A stretch of DNA of 42,185 nt from Methanobacteriota archaeon (lineage in GTDB: Archaea > JAADCQ01 > Methanopyri > Methanopyrales > Methanopyraceae): contig JAMOPO010000029.1 in NCBI GenBank assembly GCA_027064425.1, forward strand, positions 1 to 42,185, read 5' to 3'. Positions within the stretch are counted from its first letter, which is position 1; each line of letters opens with the position of its first letter. Made by a program: the position numbers and the translations under genes. Under the pieces are notes generated by a model. It was not told where the DNA came from. It saw only the letters and a list, made by a program, of their open reading frames with translations, and made no database searches. Shown one piece after another: positions 1 through 8,447 of this stretch.

Positions 1-121
1 GGTAGGTTACCCACGTGTTACTGAGCCGTCCGCCGGGCCGCCCCCATAGCCGGGCGGCCCTCGACTTGCATGGCTTAGTCGGACCCCGATAGCGGTGGCC
101 TCCGGCAGGATCAACCGGAGT
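1..121 (-). rRNA. rrs: 16S rRNA, 5' end (partial, runs off window start)
   Basis: Reverse complement reads ACTCCGGTTGATCCTGCCGGAGGCCACCGCTATCGGGGTCCGACTAAGCCATGCAAGTCG...GGCTCAGTAACACGTGGGTAACCTACC, the canonical archaeal 16S 5' end. Confidence 0.98.
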
Positions 122-287
122 TAGGGGTGGCGGCCGCAAGGATTTGGGTCCGCGGCGGGGCTTTCACGGCCCCGGGGGGCGGGCTTGCGTCGGCCCCGGG
201 GCCCCGGGGGTTGTTCCCCCCGGGGTTGCCCGGGGCCCCATCGGGGGGCTCTCCCTCCGCGGCCATTCCCGGCGGGGAGGCGGGTTG

Positions 288-303
288 TATATTAAACTTT
301 CGG
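288..303 (-). promoter_or_regulatory. rRNA promoter, proximal (BRE + TATA)
   Basis: Minus strand CCGAAAGTTTAATATA: purine-rich BRE followed by a TATA box, ~170 nt upstream of mature 16S, in an otherwise very GC-rich leader. Confidence 0.75.
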
Positions 304-344
304 GTCGTCTGGGCCGTGCGTGCCGGTTCTTCCTCGCTGGAAAC

Positions 345-355
345 CCTATTTAAGC
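345..355 (-). promoter_or_regulatory. Probable second (distal) rRNA TATA box
   Basis: Minus strand GCTTAAATAGG; tandem promoters are common for archaeal rRNA genes. Confidence 0.55.
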
Positions 356-598
356 GTGGGCCGACGGCCGCGGGGAGCGCCATGGTCTCGCTCGACGCGG
401 CGAGGGGTCCGGTTCGTGCGGGGCGAGCGTGCCGGGCGGGCTGCCGGGTCTCCACCGAGGTGGTCTTCGTGCGGAGGGAGCGAGGGGCTCGGGAGATCCG
501 GCGGGTCCTCGGGAGTGGGTTCGTGGACCTGGTGGTGGACCGGGTGGTGAGGCGGGGCGCGCTGGAGGGGTTGGAGCGGGTGCGAGGGGCGTGGTCGG

Positions 599-653
599 TC
601 AAGGGTGGGTAGGTCATCGGGCGGGCCTCCCCTTCGCGGGCACTCGTCATCCC
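599..653 (-). ncRNA. Box C/D sRNA candidate
   Basis: Minus strand: C GGGATGA, degenerate D', C' CCGATGA, guide cctacccaccc, D TTGA. Confidence 0.6.
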
Positions 654-659
654 GGTCGT

Positions 660-681
660 CGTTACGCTCTTCGTAACGATT
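660..681 (-). repeat. Palindrome AAT-CGTTACG-N5-CGTAACG (copy 1)
   Basis: CGTTACG ctctt CGTAACG at 660-678; on the minus strand it is preceded by AAT, like the copies after the two tRNAs. Confidence 0.85.
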
Positions 682-703
682 GTCGCCGGCGCGGGGCGGC
701 CGG

Positions 704-766
704 TCAGCACCCTCGGGACCTATCATCGCGCGTGGCTCAAGATGGGGCTAATCCCCGCGTCATCCC
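704..766 (-). ncRNA. Box C/D sRNA, probable 16S guide
   Basis: C GGGATGA, D' TTGA, C' CGATGA, D CTGA, with a flanking GC terminal stem. Guides are complementary to TGGGGCTAATCCCC and ACCCTCGGGAC, both resembling the archaeal 16S 5' domain just beyond the window edge. Confidence 0.85.
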
Positions 767-812
767 GACCGCCCCGGTGGTGGTGCCGGCCTTCGGGGTT
801 TAATGGGTGCGG

Positions 813-872
813 TCGGGTGGGCGGTTTGCGATCATCCCGTCCGGTCGTCCCCCGTGGCCGTGTCCTCATCCC
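813..872 (-). ncRNA. Box C/D sRNA candidate
   Basis: C GGGATGA, D' ACGA, C' GGGATGA, D CCGA. D guide is complementary to GTGGGCGGTTTG, resembling 23S just 5' of the P-loop. Confidence 0.7.
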
Positions 873-995
873 GTCGGTCCCCTTCGAGCTCCTGGAGGGA
901 AGGGTGTTGTGAGCTCGCGGCGAGGTCGGGGGTGCAGCCGGCGGGGACGGTGGCGCCGTGGTGAGTCCGCCGCCGGGGGTGGGGCTTGAAGCGCT

Positions 996-1547
996 TCACG
1001 TCCGGTCCCGCTCGGGGGCGTGGATCTCGTAGAAGCCCTCGTAGGCGGAGTGGTAAGAGGGGACGCCGAGGCGCTGGAGGGCGCGCTCGAGTTCGCGCTC
1101 GAGCTCGCGGTAGGGTGCGGGGTCGTCGGTGGTCTCGAGCAGGTGGGCGCGGTGGGCGCGGTCGCAGGTGGCTCGGCAGGGGACGAAGCCCTCGGTGAGG
1201 ACGGTGGTGGTGGGTGGGTCGTGGTCGTAGCGGGTGTGGCCGTCGAGGAAGTAGTCGACGCAGCAGTCGGGGTAGTCGAGGAAGCGGCCGATGAGCTCGT
1301 CGTCGAGGGTGTACACGCCGAGGCGCTCGGCGACGTAGGGGTGCAGGGCGGGGCGGACGTGGAGGCCGGAGTTCTCCCAGAGCTCGAGCTCGGTCTCGAC
1401 GATGGCGGTGCAGAGCTGGAGGTCGTGTGGGGTGGTGCGCTGGAGGGCGAACCGGGCGATGGGGTGGGGCTCGGGGAGGTCGCCGGTGCCCTCGAGGTGG
1501 GACTGCAGGTCCTGTAGGAAGTTAAGCACTCGCTCGAGCGCGTGCAA
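996..1547 (-). CDS. DUF483-like conserved archaeal protein
   Basis: VRPAL...IGRFLDYPDCCV..F and GFVPC...C motifs. Start moved from 1610 to TTG 1547 because 1560-1619 is an sRNA. Confidence 0.7.
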   Translation of the reverse strand: MHALERVLNFLQDLQSHLEGTGDLPEPHPIARFALQRTTPHDLQLCTAIVETELELWENSGLHVRPALHPYVAERLGVYTLDDELIGRFLDYPDCCVDYFLDGHTRYDHDPPTTTVLTEGFVPCRATCDRAHRAHLLETTDDPAPYRELERELERALQRLGVPSYHSAYEGFYEIHAPERDRT

Positions 1548-1559
1548 GGTGGCCGCCCC

Positions 1560-1619
1560 GGGATGAGGAGCTAGTCCGGGGGTGAGGGTCTCCCGATGAT
1601 CGGCCTCCACGGCCCCTGA
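1560..1619 (+). ncRNA. Box C/D sRNA
   Basis: C GGGATGA 1560, D' GTGA 1582, C' CCGATGA 1593, D CTGA 1616; 15-16 nt guides. Confidence 0.75.
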
Positions 1620-1673
1620 CCGGTCGTAGCGGTTTTACGCTTATCTTCCCGGGCGCGTTGGGGGTGGCTCGGC

Positions 1674-2660
1674 TTGGTCGTGGTGCGCTCGGTTTCGAGG
1701 CTGCACGTGACGCTGATCGACCTGCACGGTGGGCTGGGCCGCGTGGACGGTAGCGTGGGGGTGACGTTGGAGGAGCCGTGGATGGAGTTCGAGGTGGAGC
1801 GGGCGGAGGATGGGGTGGAGGTGGTGGGGAAGGGTGAGGTGGCGGAGAAGGCGGAGCGGGCGGCGCGGGTGGTGCTGGAGGAGTTCGGGCTGGAGGGTGG
1901 CGCGCGGGTCGTGGTGCGTCGGTCGTACCCGGAGCACGTGGGGCTGGGCTCGGGGACGCAGGCGACGCTGTCGGCGGCGGTGGGCGTGCTGGAGGCGTTC
2001 GGGGTGGAGGAGTACGACGTGCGGGAGCTGGCGGACCTGCTGGGTCGCGGTGGGACGTCGGGGATCGGGGTGGCGGCGTTCGAGGGTGGTGGGTTCATCG
2101 TGGACGGTGGGCACCGGTTCGGTGAGGGTGGGAAGGAGGGGTTCAAGCCGTCGTCGGCGTCGGGCGAGGTGCCGCCGGCGCCGGTGGTGGCGCGGCTGGA
2201 CGTGCCGGAGGACTGGCGGTTTGTGCTGGCGATCCCGGAGGTTAGGCGGGGGGCGCACGGGGACGAGGAGGTGGACATCTTCCGGCGGTACTGCCCGGTG
2301 CCGGCGCGGGAGGTGGAGAGGGTGTGCCGGCTGGTGTTGATGGTGATGCTGCCGGCGGTGGCGGAGGGGGATGCGGAGGCGTTCGGTCGGGCTGTGGACG
2401 AGGTGCAGGAGCTGGGGTTCAAGCGGGTGGAGGTGGGGCTGCAGGACGAGGTGGTGCGGGAGCTGATGGAGGTGGCGCGTGGGGCGGGCGCGTACGGTGC
2501 CGGGCTGAGCTCGTTCGGGCCGACGGTGTACGCGGTGTGCGACTCGGCGTCGGCGGGCGATGTAGCGCGGGAGCTGGAGCGGTTCCTGAAGGAGCGTGGG
2601 GTGGGTGGCGAGGTGATCGTGTCGGGGCCCCGAAACGAGGGGTTCGAGGTGCGCGGGTGA
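1674..2660 (+). CDS. mptG: Beta-ribofuranosylaminobenzene 5'-phosphate synthase (GHMP family)
   Basis: SRLHVTLIDL, HVGLGSGTQ, GRGGTSGIG, GGFIVDGGH and GLSSFGPTVY motifs. Confidence 0.9.
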   Translation: MVVVRSVSRLHVTLIDLHGGLGRVDGSVGVTLEEPWMEFEVERAEDGVEVVGKGEVAEKAERAARVVLEEFGLEGGARVVVRRSYPEHVGLGSGTQATLSAAVGVLEAFGVEEYDVRELADLLGRGGTSGIGVAAFEGGGFIVDGGHRFGEGGKEGFKPSSASGEVPPAPVVARLDVPEDWRFVLAIPEVRRGAHGDEEVDIFRRYCPVPAREVERVCRLVLMVMLPAVAEGDAEAFGRAVDEVQELGFKRVEVGLQDEVVRELMEVARGAGAYGAGLSSFGPTVYAVCDSASAGDVARELERFLKERGVGGEVIVSGPRNEGFEVRG

Positions 2661-2789
2661 GAAAAGGGTTCAAATAGGGCGGCGGGGTGAGTACGCGCGC
2701 GTTCCGTGGGGAAGGGAAACATAAGCGTTTTTTGGCGGGTCGGACGGGTCTTATGGTGAGCGTCGGCCGATGATCGGGGGGCCGGCTCG

Positions 2790-4049
2790 TTGGGCGTGTA
2801 CGTGGCTGAGAACATCACGGGCGTGTACGCCTTCGATGAGGAGGGTAACCTGATCGACAGCGAGCCGTTCCCGGCGGATCCGGACGAGATCGTGGACCGG
2901 CTGATCCGGAAGGAGCGCGGTGAGGTGCTGGAGGAGGAAGAGAAGCTGCTCTCGAGGCTGGACGCGGACACGATCAACTTCGAGGGTACGAAGGCGGACC
3001 GTGAGCGGCTGGAGGACGTGGTGGACGGCGAGCTGATCGTGGAGTTCCCGAACGTGGCGGGTGAGATCCTGCGCGAGCGGGCGCGGGAGCTGGCCGTTGA
3101 GGTCGGTGTGATCGAGTCCGAGGAGGAGTACTCGGAGCTGGCCTACGAGGTCGGTATCAAGCTGTCGAAGCGGAAGGTGCGGGAGACGGTCGAGGAGCGG
3201 GACAAGATGATCATCCAGGCGATCAACACGATCGACGACATCGACCGGATCCTGAACATCCTGACGGATCGGGTGCGGGAGTGGTACGGGATCCACTTCC
3301 CAGAGATCAACAAGATCGTGAAGAAGCACGACGACTTCGTGACGCTGGTGGCGGAGCTGGGTCATCGAGACAACTTCACGAAGGAGAAGATCAAGGAGGT
3401 GCTGCCGGACTTCCCCGACCACCTGGCGGAGAAGCTGGAGGAGGCCGCGAAGGACTCGATGGGTGCGGAGATGGACGAGAAGGACCTGCAGGCCGTGCAG
3501 CGGGTGGCGGAGATCGCGCGGGAGCTGTACGAGATCCGGCGGAAGACGGCGGACTACATCGACGAGTCGATGGACGACGTGGCCCCGAACATCAAGGCGC
3601 TGGTGGGCCCGCTGATCGGCGCGCGGCTGATCGCGCTGGCCGGTGGTCTGAAGGAGATGGCGCGGCTGCCGGCGAGCACGATCCAGCTGCTGGGTGCGGA
3701 GAAGGCGCTGTTCCGGCACCTGACGAAGGGTACGAAGCCGCCGAAGCACGGTGTGATCTTCCAGCACCCGCTGATCCACCGGAGCCCGTGGTGGCAGCGC
3801 GGTAAGATCGCGCGGGCGCTGGCGGGTAAGCTGGCGATCGCGGCGCGGATCGACGCGTACTCGGGTGAGTACCGGGGCGACGAGCTGAAGCGGCAGCTGG
3901 AGCAGCGGGTGAAGGAGATCAAGGAGAAGTACCCGAAGCCACCGAAGCGGCGCGGGCGCGGTCGGCCGCCGCGCGGTCGGCGCGGTCGGCGTCGCCGGTC
4001 GCCGAGGCGCTCGCGCCGGGACCGGAGGCGCCGCTCGCGCAGGCGCTGA
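2790..4049 (+). CDS. nop5: Box C/D RNP protein Nop5 (Nop56/58)
   Basis: REWYGIHFPE, APNI..LVG..IGARLI, PASTIQLLGAEKALF, PPKHGVIFQ, RGKIARALAGK. Confidence 0.97.
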   Translation: MGVYVAENITGVYAFDEEGNLIDSEPFPADPDEIVDRLIRKERGEVLEEEEKLLSRLDADTINFEGTKADRERLEDVVDGELIVEFPNVAGEILRERARELAVEVGVIESEEEYSELAYEVGIKLSKRKVRETVEERDKMIIQAINTIDDIDRILNILTDRVREWYGIHFPEINKIVKKHDDFVTLVAELGHRDNFTKEKIKEVLPDFPDHLAEKLEEAAKDSMGAEMDEKDLQAVQRVAEIARELYEIRRKTADYIDESMDDVAPNIKALVGPLIGARLIALAGGLKEMARLPASTIQLLGAEKALFRHLTKGTKPPKHGVIFQHPLIHRSPWWQRGKIARALAGKLAIAARIDAYSGEYRGDELKRQLEQRVKEIKEKYPKPPKRRGRGRPPRGRRGRRRRSPRRSRRDRRRRSRRR

Positions 4050-4094
4050 ATTTTTCCGCCCTTAAACCACCCCTCCACCCGGGGGTGGTGAGAG

Positions 4095-4793
4095 ATGGTC
4101 GAGGTCGAGATCGAGCCGCACGAGGAGTTCGAGGGCGTGTACTGGGCGATCTTCGAGGACGGTACGCGGAAGCCCGCGACGGAGAACCTGGTCCCGGGTC
4201 ACCAGGTGTACGGTGAGCGGCTGGTGGAGTACGACGGCACGGAGTACCGGGTCTGGGAGCCGGGTCGGAGCAAGCTGGCCGCGATGATCATGAACGGCAT
4301 GGAGCACTTCCCGTTCGAGGAGGGGAGCCGGGTCCTCTACCTGGGCGCGGCGGCGGGTACGACGCCCTCGCACGTGTCGGACATCATCAAGGAGTCGGGC
4401 ATTGAGTACTGCGTGGAGTTCGCGTCGCGAATGATGCAGGAGCTGATCCCGGTGTGCGAGAAGCGGCCGAACATGGTGCCGATCCTGGGCGACGCGACCA
4501 AGCCGCACGAGTACGCGGAGATCGTGGACCAGGTGGACGTGATCTACCAGGACATCGCGCAGCCGAAGCAGGCGGAGGTCGTGGCGGACAACGCAGAGGC
4601 GTTCCTGAAGCCGGGCGGGATCATCATCGTGGCGGTTAAGTCGCGCTCGATCGACGTGACGAAGGAGCCGGAGGAGGTGTTCAAGGAGGAGGAGCGGAAG
4701 CTGGAGGAGCGCGGCTTCGAGATCCTGGAGGTCATCGACCTGGAGCCGTACGAGCGCGACCACGTGGGCATCGTGGCGGAGTACCAGGGCTAG
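4095..4793 (+). CDS. flpA: Fibrillarin-like rRNA/tRNA 2'-O-methyltransferase
   Basis: VYGE, YRVW..RSKLAA, VLYLGAAAGTTPSHVSD, DIAQP; adjacent to nop5. Confidence 0.97.
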   Translation: MVEVEIEPHEEFEGVYWAIFEDGTRKPATENLVPGHQVYGERLVEYDGTEYRVWEPGRSKLAAMIMNGMEHFPFEEGSRVLYLGAAAGTTPSHVSDIIKESGIEYCVEFASRMMQELIPVCEKRPNMVPILGDATKPHEYAEIVDQVDVIYQDIAQPKQAEVVADNAEAFLKPGGIIIVAVKSRSIDVTKEPEEVFKEEERKLEERGFEILEVIDLEPYERDHVGIVAEYQG

Positions 4794-4813
4794 CGCCCGC
4801 CCACGCTCATCCA

Positions 4814-4867
4814 GTGATGAGCATTTCGCTAGCCGACGTCGTGGATGACGAGTTACTCCCGCTCTGA
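4814..4867 (+). ncRNA. Box C/D sRNA, probable 23S H69/H71 guide
   Basis: C GTGATGA, D' CCGA, C' TGGATGA, D CTGA. Guides are complementary to TAGCGAAATGC and GCGGG(A/G)GTAACT. Confidence 0.88.
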
Positions 4868-4902
4868 GCCCGCAACCATTTTTTATTCAAGGTGACCGGG
4901 CC

Positions 4903-4954
4903 CCGATGACTGCATTCACCCCTCCTGACCTGGTGATGAGGCGGTCCCCCTAGA
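4903..4954 (+). ncRNA. Box C/D sRNA
   Basis: C CCGATGA, D' CTGA, C' GTGATGA, degenerate D (TAGA). Second guide is complementary to GGGGGACCGCC (16S-like). Confidence 0.7.
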
Positions 4955-4962
4955 AGGAGGGC

Positions 4963-5014
4963 CCGATGAGGAGGCAGCCCCAGCCTGAGGTATGACGACG
5001 GAGAGCCGAGCCGA
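4963..5014 (+). ncRNA. Box C/D sRNA
   Basis: C CCGATGA, D' CTGA, C' ATGACGA, D CCGA. Guides are complementary to TGGGGCTGCC and TCGGCTCT, resembling the 23S peptidyl-transferase/A-loop region. Confidence 0.78.
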
Positions 5015-5032
5015 GGGATCCGGGGTGCGAGC

Positions 5033-6004
5033 GTGACCCCTCTCGAGCTCCTCGCCGTGGCCATCCCCTCCCTTTACATGGGCTGGACGATCGGGGCGGA
5101 CGACGCGGGCGCCGCGATGGGCTCGGCCGTCGGCGCCGGCGTGTTCACCACCCGGCAGGCCGTCATCCTGATCGCCGTGTTCACGACCCTCGGCGCCGTG
5201 CTGGAGGGGCACAAGGTCGTCAAGACCCTCGGAAAGGGCGTGGTCCACGGCCACTTCGACCCCGTCCTCGCGGGCGCCACGGTCCTCGTCGCGGCCGTGT
5301 GGTGCCACCTCGCCGTCATGATGGGCGTTCCCATCTCAACGACCCAGGCCACCGTGGGCGCCATCGCCGGGGCCGGATTCGCCCTGGGACTGCCCGTAGA
5401 CTGGAGCAAGTTCTCCGAGATCGCCGTGAGCTGGCTGGTGGCGCCGACCCTTGCCGCCGTGCCGGCCTACGTCATCTCCCGGCGGCTCCGGGGGCTGCTG
5501 CGCGCGAAGAGGCGGTCGCTGGGCGAGCTGGAGCGCATGATGAGGCTGTTTCTCACGGTCTCCGGCTGCTACGTGGCTTACTCCATCGGTGCCAACAACG
5601 CGGCCAACGCGGTGGCCCCGCTCGTGATGTCGGGCGTGCTCGACACGAGGAAGGCGGCCGTGATCGGCGGCATCATGATCTCGCTGGGCGCCCTGACGGC
5701 CGGCTCGCGCGTCATCGAGACCGTGGGGCGAAAGATCACCAAGCTGGACCCCGTAACCGCCTTCTCCGCCCAGTTCTCCGCCGCGGCGGTGACGCACGGC
5801 GCCTCGGAGCTCGGGCTGCCGATCTCGATCAACGAGACGACCGCGGGCGCGGTCATCGGGGTGGGCGTGTCCCAGGGCGAGCTGAACCTGTACACGGTTA
5901 GGAAGATCCTCGTGACCTGGGCTGTGAGCCCGCTCGGCGCCTTCGTGATGGCCTTCACGCTCGCCCACCTCTACCTCCTCGTCAAAGGGGCGGTTCAGGC
6001 TTGA
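5033..6004 (+). CDS. Inorganic phosphate transporter, PiT family
   Basis: Duplicated signature GADDAG/GANNAAN, PISTTQ/PISINE, multiple TM helices. Confidence 0.93.
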   Translation: MTPLELLAVAIPSLYMGWTIGADDAGAAMGSAVGAGVFTTRQAVILIAVFTTLGAVLEGHKVVKTLGKGVVHGHFDPVLAGATVLVAAVWCHLAVMMGVPISTTQATVGAIAGAGFALGLPVDWSKFSEIAVSWLVAPTLAAVPAYVISRRLRGLLRAKRRSLGELERMMRLFLTVSGCYVAYSIGANNAANAVAPLVMSGVLDTRKAAVIGGIMISLGALTAGSRVIETVGRKITKLDPVTAFSAQFSAAAVTHGASELGLPISINETTAGAVIGVGVSQGELNLYTVRKILVTWAVSPLGAFVMAFTLAHLYLLVKGAVQA

Positions 6005-6612
6005 TGCTCCGCCCGAGCACCCGCCCCGCGGAGCGGGCCCTGACCGTGCTGCTCGAGGAGCTGGACGCGATGATCAAGGCGTGCTCCCTGGTCTCCGACG
6101 CGCTGGAGGGTGAGGCCCGCGAGGACCTGGAGGAGCGGCAGGAGTCGCTCAGCGAGGAGGTCACGGAGCTCCGCGATCGCGTGGAGGAGGCCATGGAGAG
6201 CGGGCCCATGGTCCCGGTCGTGCGCGAGGACCTGAACTACATCGCCGAGAACGTCCGCCGGGCGGCCGAGGCGCTGCTCAGCGTGGTCTCGCTCCTCGTG
6301 GGCAGTTACGAGGAGCTCGACGAGGAGTGCCGGGAGCGGATCGACGAGATCGCCAAGATGGTCGCGGAGCTGGCCTCCGGGATCCGGGAGTCCGTGGAGC
6401 TGCTGGAGGAGGACGTCGAGGAGGCCGCGAAGCGCGCCGAGGAGGTTCGTGAGGAGGAGGAGAAAATCCGAACGGAGCTCCGGTCCATCCTATCCGAGGC
6501 GGGCGTGGGGAGCGACCTGGCCCCGCTGGTGCTGGAGATCGAGCGGGCGCTAACCGACATGGACCGAGCCCTGGACGGGGTGAGCCGGATCAAGTCCCGG
6601 TTCCTCGGGTGA
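6001..6612 (+). CDS. PhoU/DUF47-like phosphate transport regulator
   Basis: Acidic all-helical protein with two internal repeats, coupled to the PiT gene. Confidence 0.7.
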   Translation: MMLRPSTRPAERALTVLLEELDAMIKACSLVSDALEGEAREDLEERQESLSEEVTELRDRVEEAMESGPMVPVVREDLNYIAENVRRAAEALLSVVSLLVGSYEELDEECRERIDEIAKMVAELASGIRESVELLEEDVEEAAKRAEEVREEEEKIRTELRSILSEAGVGSDLAPLVLEIERALTDMDRALDGVSRIKSRFLG

Positions 6613-7565
6613 GCGGCGTGAGGGTCCTTGGGAGGGAGTGGCGGCACCCGGTCGCCTGCGCCTCCGGCGCCCTCGCGGCCCACCTGCCCGGGCTGGAGAG
6701 CGCCGCGGTGAGCGGCGCGTCCGCCATATTTACGAAGACGATCACCGAGGAGCCGCGGGAGGGACACCCCGGCCCAACGTTCCTGTCCTTCGAGGAAGAG
6801 GGCTACGCGCTCAACGCGATGGGTCTCCCCAACCCCGGTCTGGAGGGGATGCTGCGCGAGCTCCGCGCCTTCAGGGAGCGGCACGACGTGCCGCTGTACG
6901 CCAGCATCGCGGCGGAGGACCCGGAGGGGTTCGAGCGGCTGGCGAGGGGCCTCCGCGGGGAGGTCGACGGGCTCGAGATTAACGTCTCCTGTCCGCACGC
7001 GGGCCGTGGGATGGGCGCCGAGCTGGGCTCGGACCCGGGGCTCGTCGGGGAGATCGTCGAGGCGGTGGTGGGCGCGTTCGACGGGCCGGTTTCTGTCAAG
7101 CTAACGCCCAACGTCGACCGGAGGACCCTGCTGGAGGTCGCCGCCGAGGCCGTGGACGCGGGCGCGGACGCGCTCACGGCGGTCAACACACTGGGACCCT
7201 GCCTGCGGATCGACCTCCGCACGGCGAGCCCAATGCTGGGAGCCGGCGTGGGAGGGCTCTCCGGGCCGGCCCTCAAGCCGATCGCCCTCCGGATCGTGGC
7301 CGACCTGGCCCTGGAGCTGGGTGACGAGGTGGAGATCATCGGCGTCGGCGGCGTGCGCTCGGGCGAGGACGTGATCGAGTTCCTGATGGCCGGGGCGCGG
7401 GCCGTTCAGGTCGCCACGGCCGCCCGGGACCGGGCCTTCTCCGAGATCGCCGAGGAGGCGGAGAGGGTCCTGCGCGAGCTCGGGTACGAGGACTTCGAGG
7501 AGGTGGTGGGCGCGGCGCTCCCGGAGTACGAGGAGCGGCTGAGGAGGCTGGGGTGGGTGGAGTGA
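6609..7565 (+). CDS. pyrD: Dihydroorotate dehydrogenase, catalytic subunit
   Basis: NAMGLPNPG, EINVSCPH, VKLTPN, GGLSGPALKP, IGVGGV. Confidence 0.96.
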   Translation: MSGVRVLGREWRHPVACASGALAAHLPGLESAAVSGASAIFTKTITEEPREGHPGPTFLSFEEEGYALNAMGLPNPGLEGMLRELRAFRERHDVPLYASIAAEDPEGFERLARGLRGEVDGLEINVSCPHAGRGMGAELGSDPGLVGEIVEAVVGAFDGPVSVKLTPNVDRRTLLEVAAEAVDAGADALTAVNTLGPCLRIDLRTASPMLGAGVGGLSGPALKPIALRIVADLALELGDEVEIIGVGGVRSGEDVIEFLMAGARAVQVATAARDRAFSEIAEEAERVLRELGYEDFEEVVGAALPEYEERLRRLGWVE

Positions 7566-8362
7566 GGCCGATACCGGCGAGGGTGGTGGAGAGCAGGGAG
7601 GAGTGCGAGCGGACCCACGTGCTGCGGCTCGAGCCGGAGGAGCCGGTGGGGTGGGAGCCGGGCCAGTTCCTGATGCTGGGGATACCGGGCGTGGACGAGA
7701 AGCCGATGGCCTTCTCCGGTGGTGACGAGCGGGAGATCGTGCTCACGGTGGAGGTGGTGGGGCCGTTCACGGAGCGGTGCGCGCGGCTGGAACGCGGGGA
7801 CTGGGTGTGGGTGCGAGGGCCTTACGGCCGGCCGTTCGAGCCGGTGGGCAACCGGGCCGCGGTCGTGGCCGGAGGGACCGGGGTCGCCCCGCTGGTGCCG
7901 CTGGCGGAGCGGCTGAGGGGGCGCGGGGTGGAGGTCATCGGAGTGCTCGGGGGCCCGCATGCGGAGCGGCTGCCTCGGCGCCGCGAGCTGGAGCGGCTCT
8001 CCGACGAGTTCCATTTGACGACGGAGGACGGCAGCGCGGGGCGAAAGGGATACCCGACGGACGTGCTGGAGGAGCTGCTGGAGGAGGATCGGGTGGACGT
8101 GGTGTACGCCTGCGGCCCGGAGGCCATGCTGGTCCGCGTGGTCAAGCTCGCCCGAAGGTTCGACGTACCCTGCCAGGTGAGCGTGGTGCGGTACGTCAAG
8201 TGCGGGGAAGGCGTGTGCGGGTCGTGCGCGCTGGGCCGAGGCCTCCTCGTCTGCCGGGACGGCCCGGTCTTTTGGGCGGAAGAGCTGGAGGGCACGGAGT
8301 TCGGGGACGTCCGGCGGGACGCGTCCGGGCTGCCGGAGGATGAGGACCGCCCTCGGTCCTGA
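7562..8362 (+). CDS. pyrK: Dihydroorotate dehydrogenase electron-transfer subunit
   Basis: PGQFLM, RGPYG, AGGTG, YACGPE, CGEGVCGSC...C.DGPVF; GTG start overlaps the pyrD stop. Confidence 0.95.
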   Translation: MRPIPARVVESREECERTHVLRLEPEEPVGWEPGQFLMLGIPGVDEKPMAFSGGDEREIVLTVEVVGPFTERCARLERGDWVWVRGPYGRPFEPVGNRAAVVAGGTGVAPLVPLAERLRGRGVEVIGVLGGPHAERLPRRRELERLSDEFHLTTEDGSAGRKGYPTDVLEELLEEDRVDVVYACGPEAMLVRVVKLARRFDVPCQVSVVRYVKCGEGVCGSCALGRGLLVCRDGPVFWAEELEGTEFGDVRRDASGLPEDEDRPRS

Positions 8363-8394
8363 CCGCCCGGGATGACGAGGGCGGACTTACCCGA
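8337..8394 (+). ncRNA. Box C/D sRNA overlapping the pyrK 3' end
   Basis: C AGGATGA, D' CTGA (contains the pyrK stop), C' GGGATGA, D CCGA. D guide is complementary to GTAAGTCCGCCC (16S-like). Confidence 0.75.
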
Positions 8395-8447
8395 CGCCCC
8401 CTCGGTGTTAAAAGTGGGTTGATCCCCGGTACGCGAGGGGTCGACCC

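Noticed and set aside
111-989. Several ORFs over the rRNA leader and upstream region
   Set aside because: They overlap the 16S leader, promoters and three sRNAs, and have low-complexity GC-driven translations.
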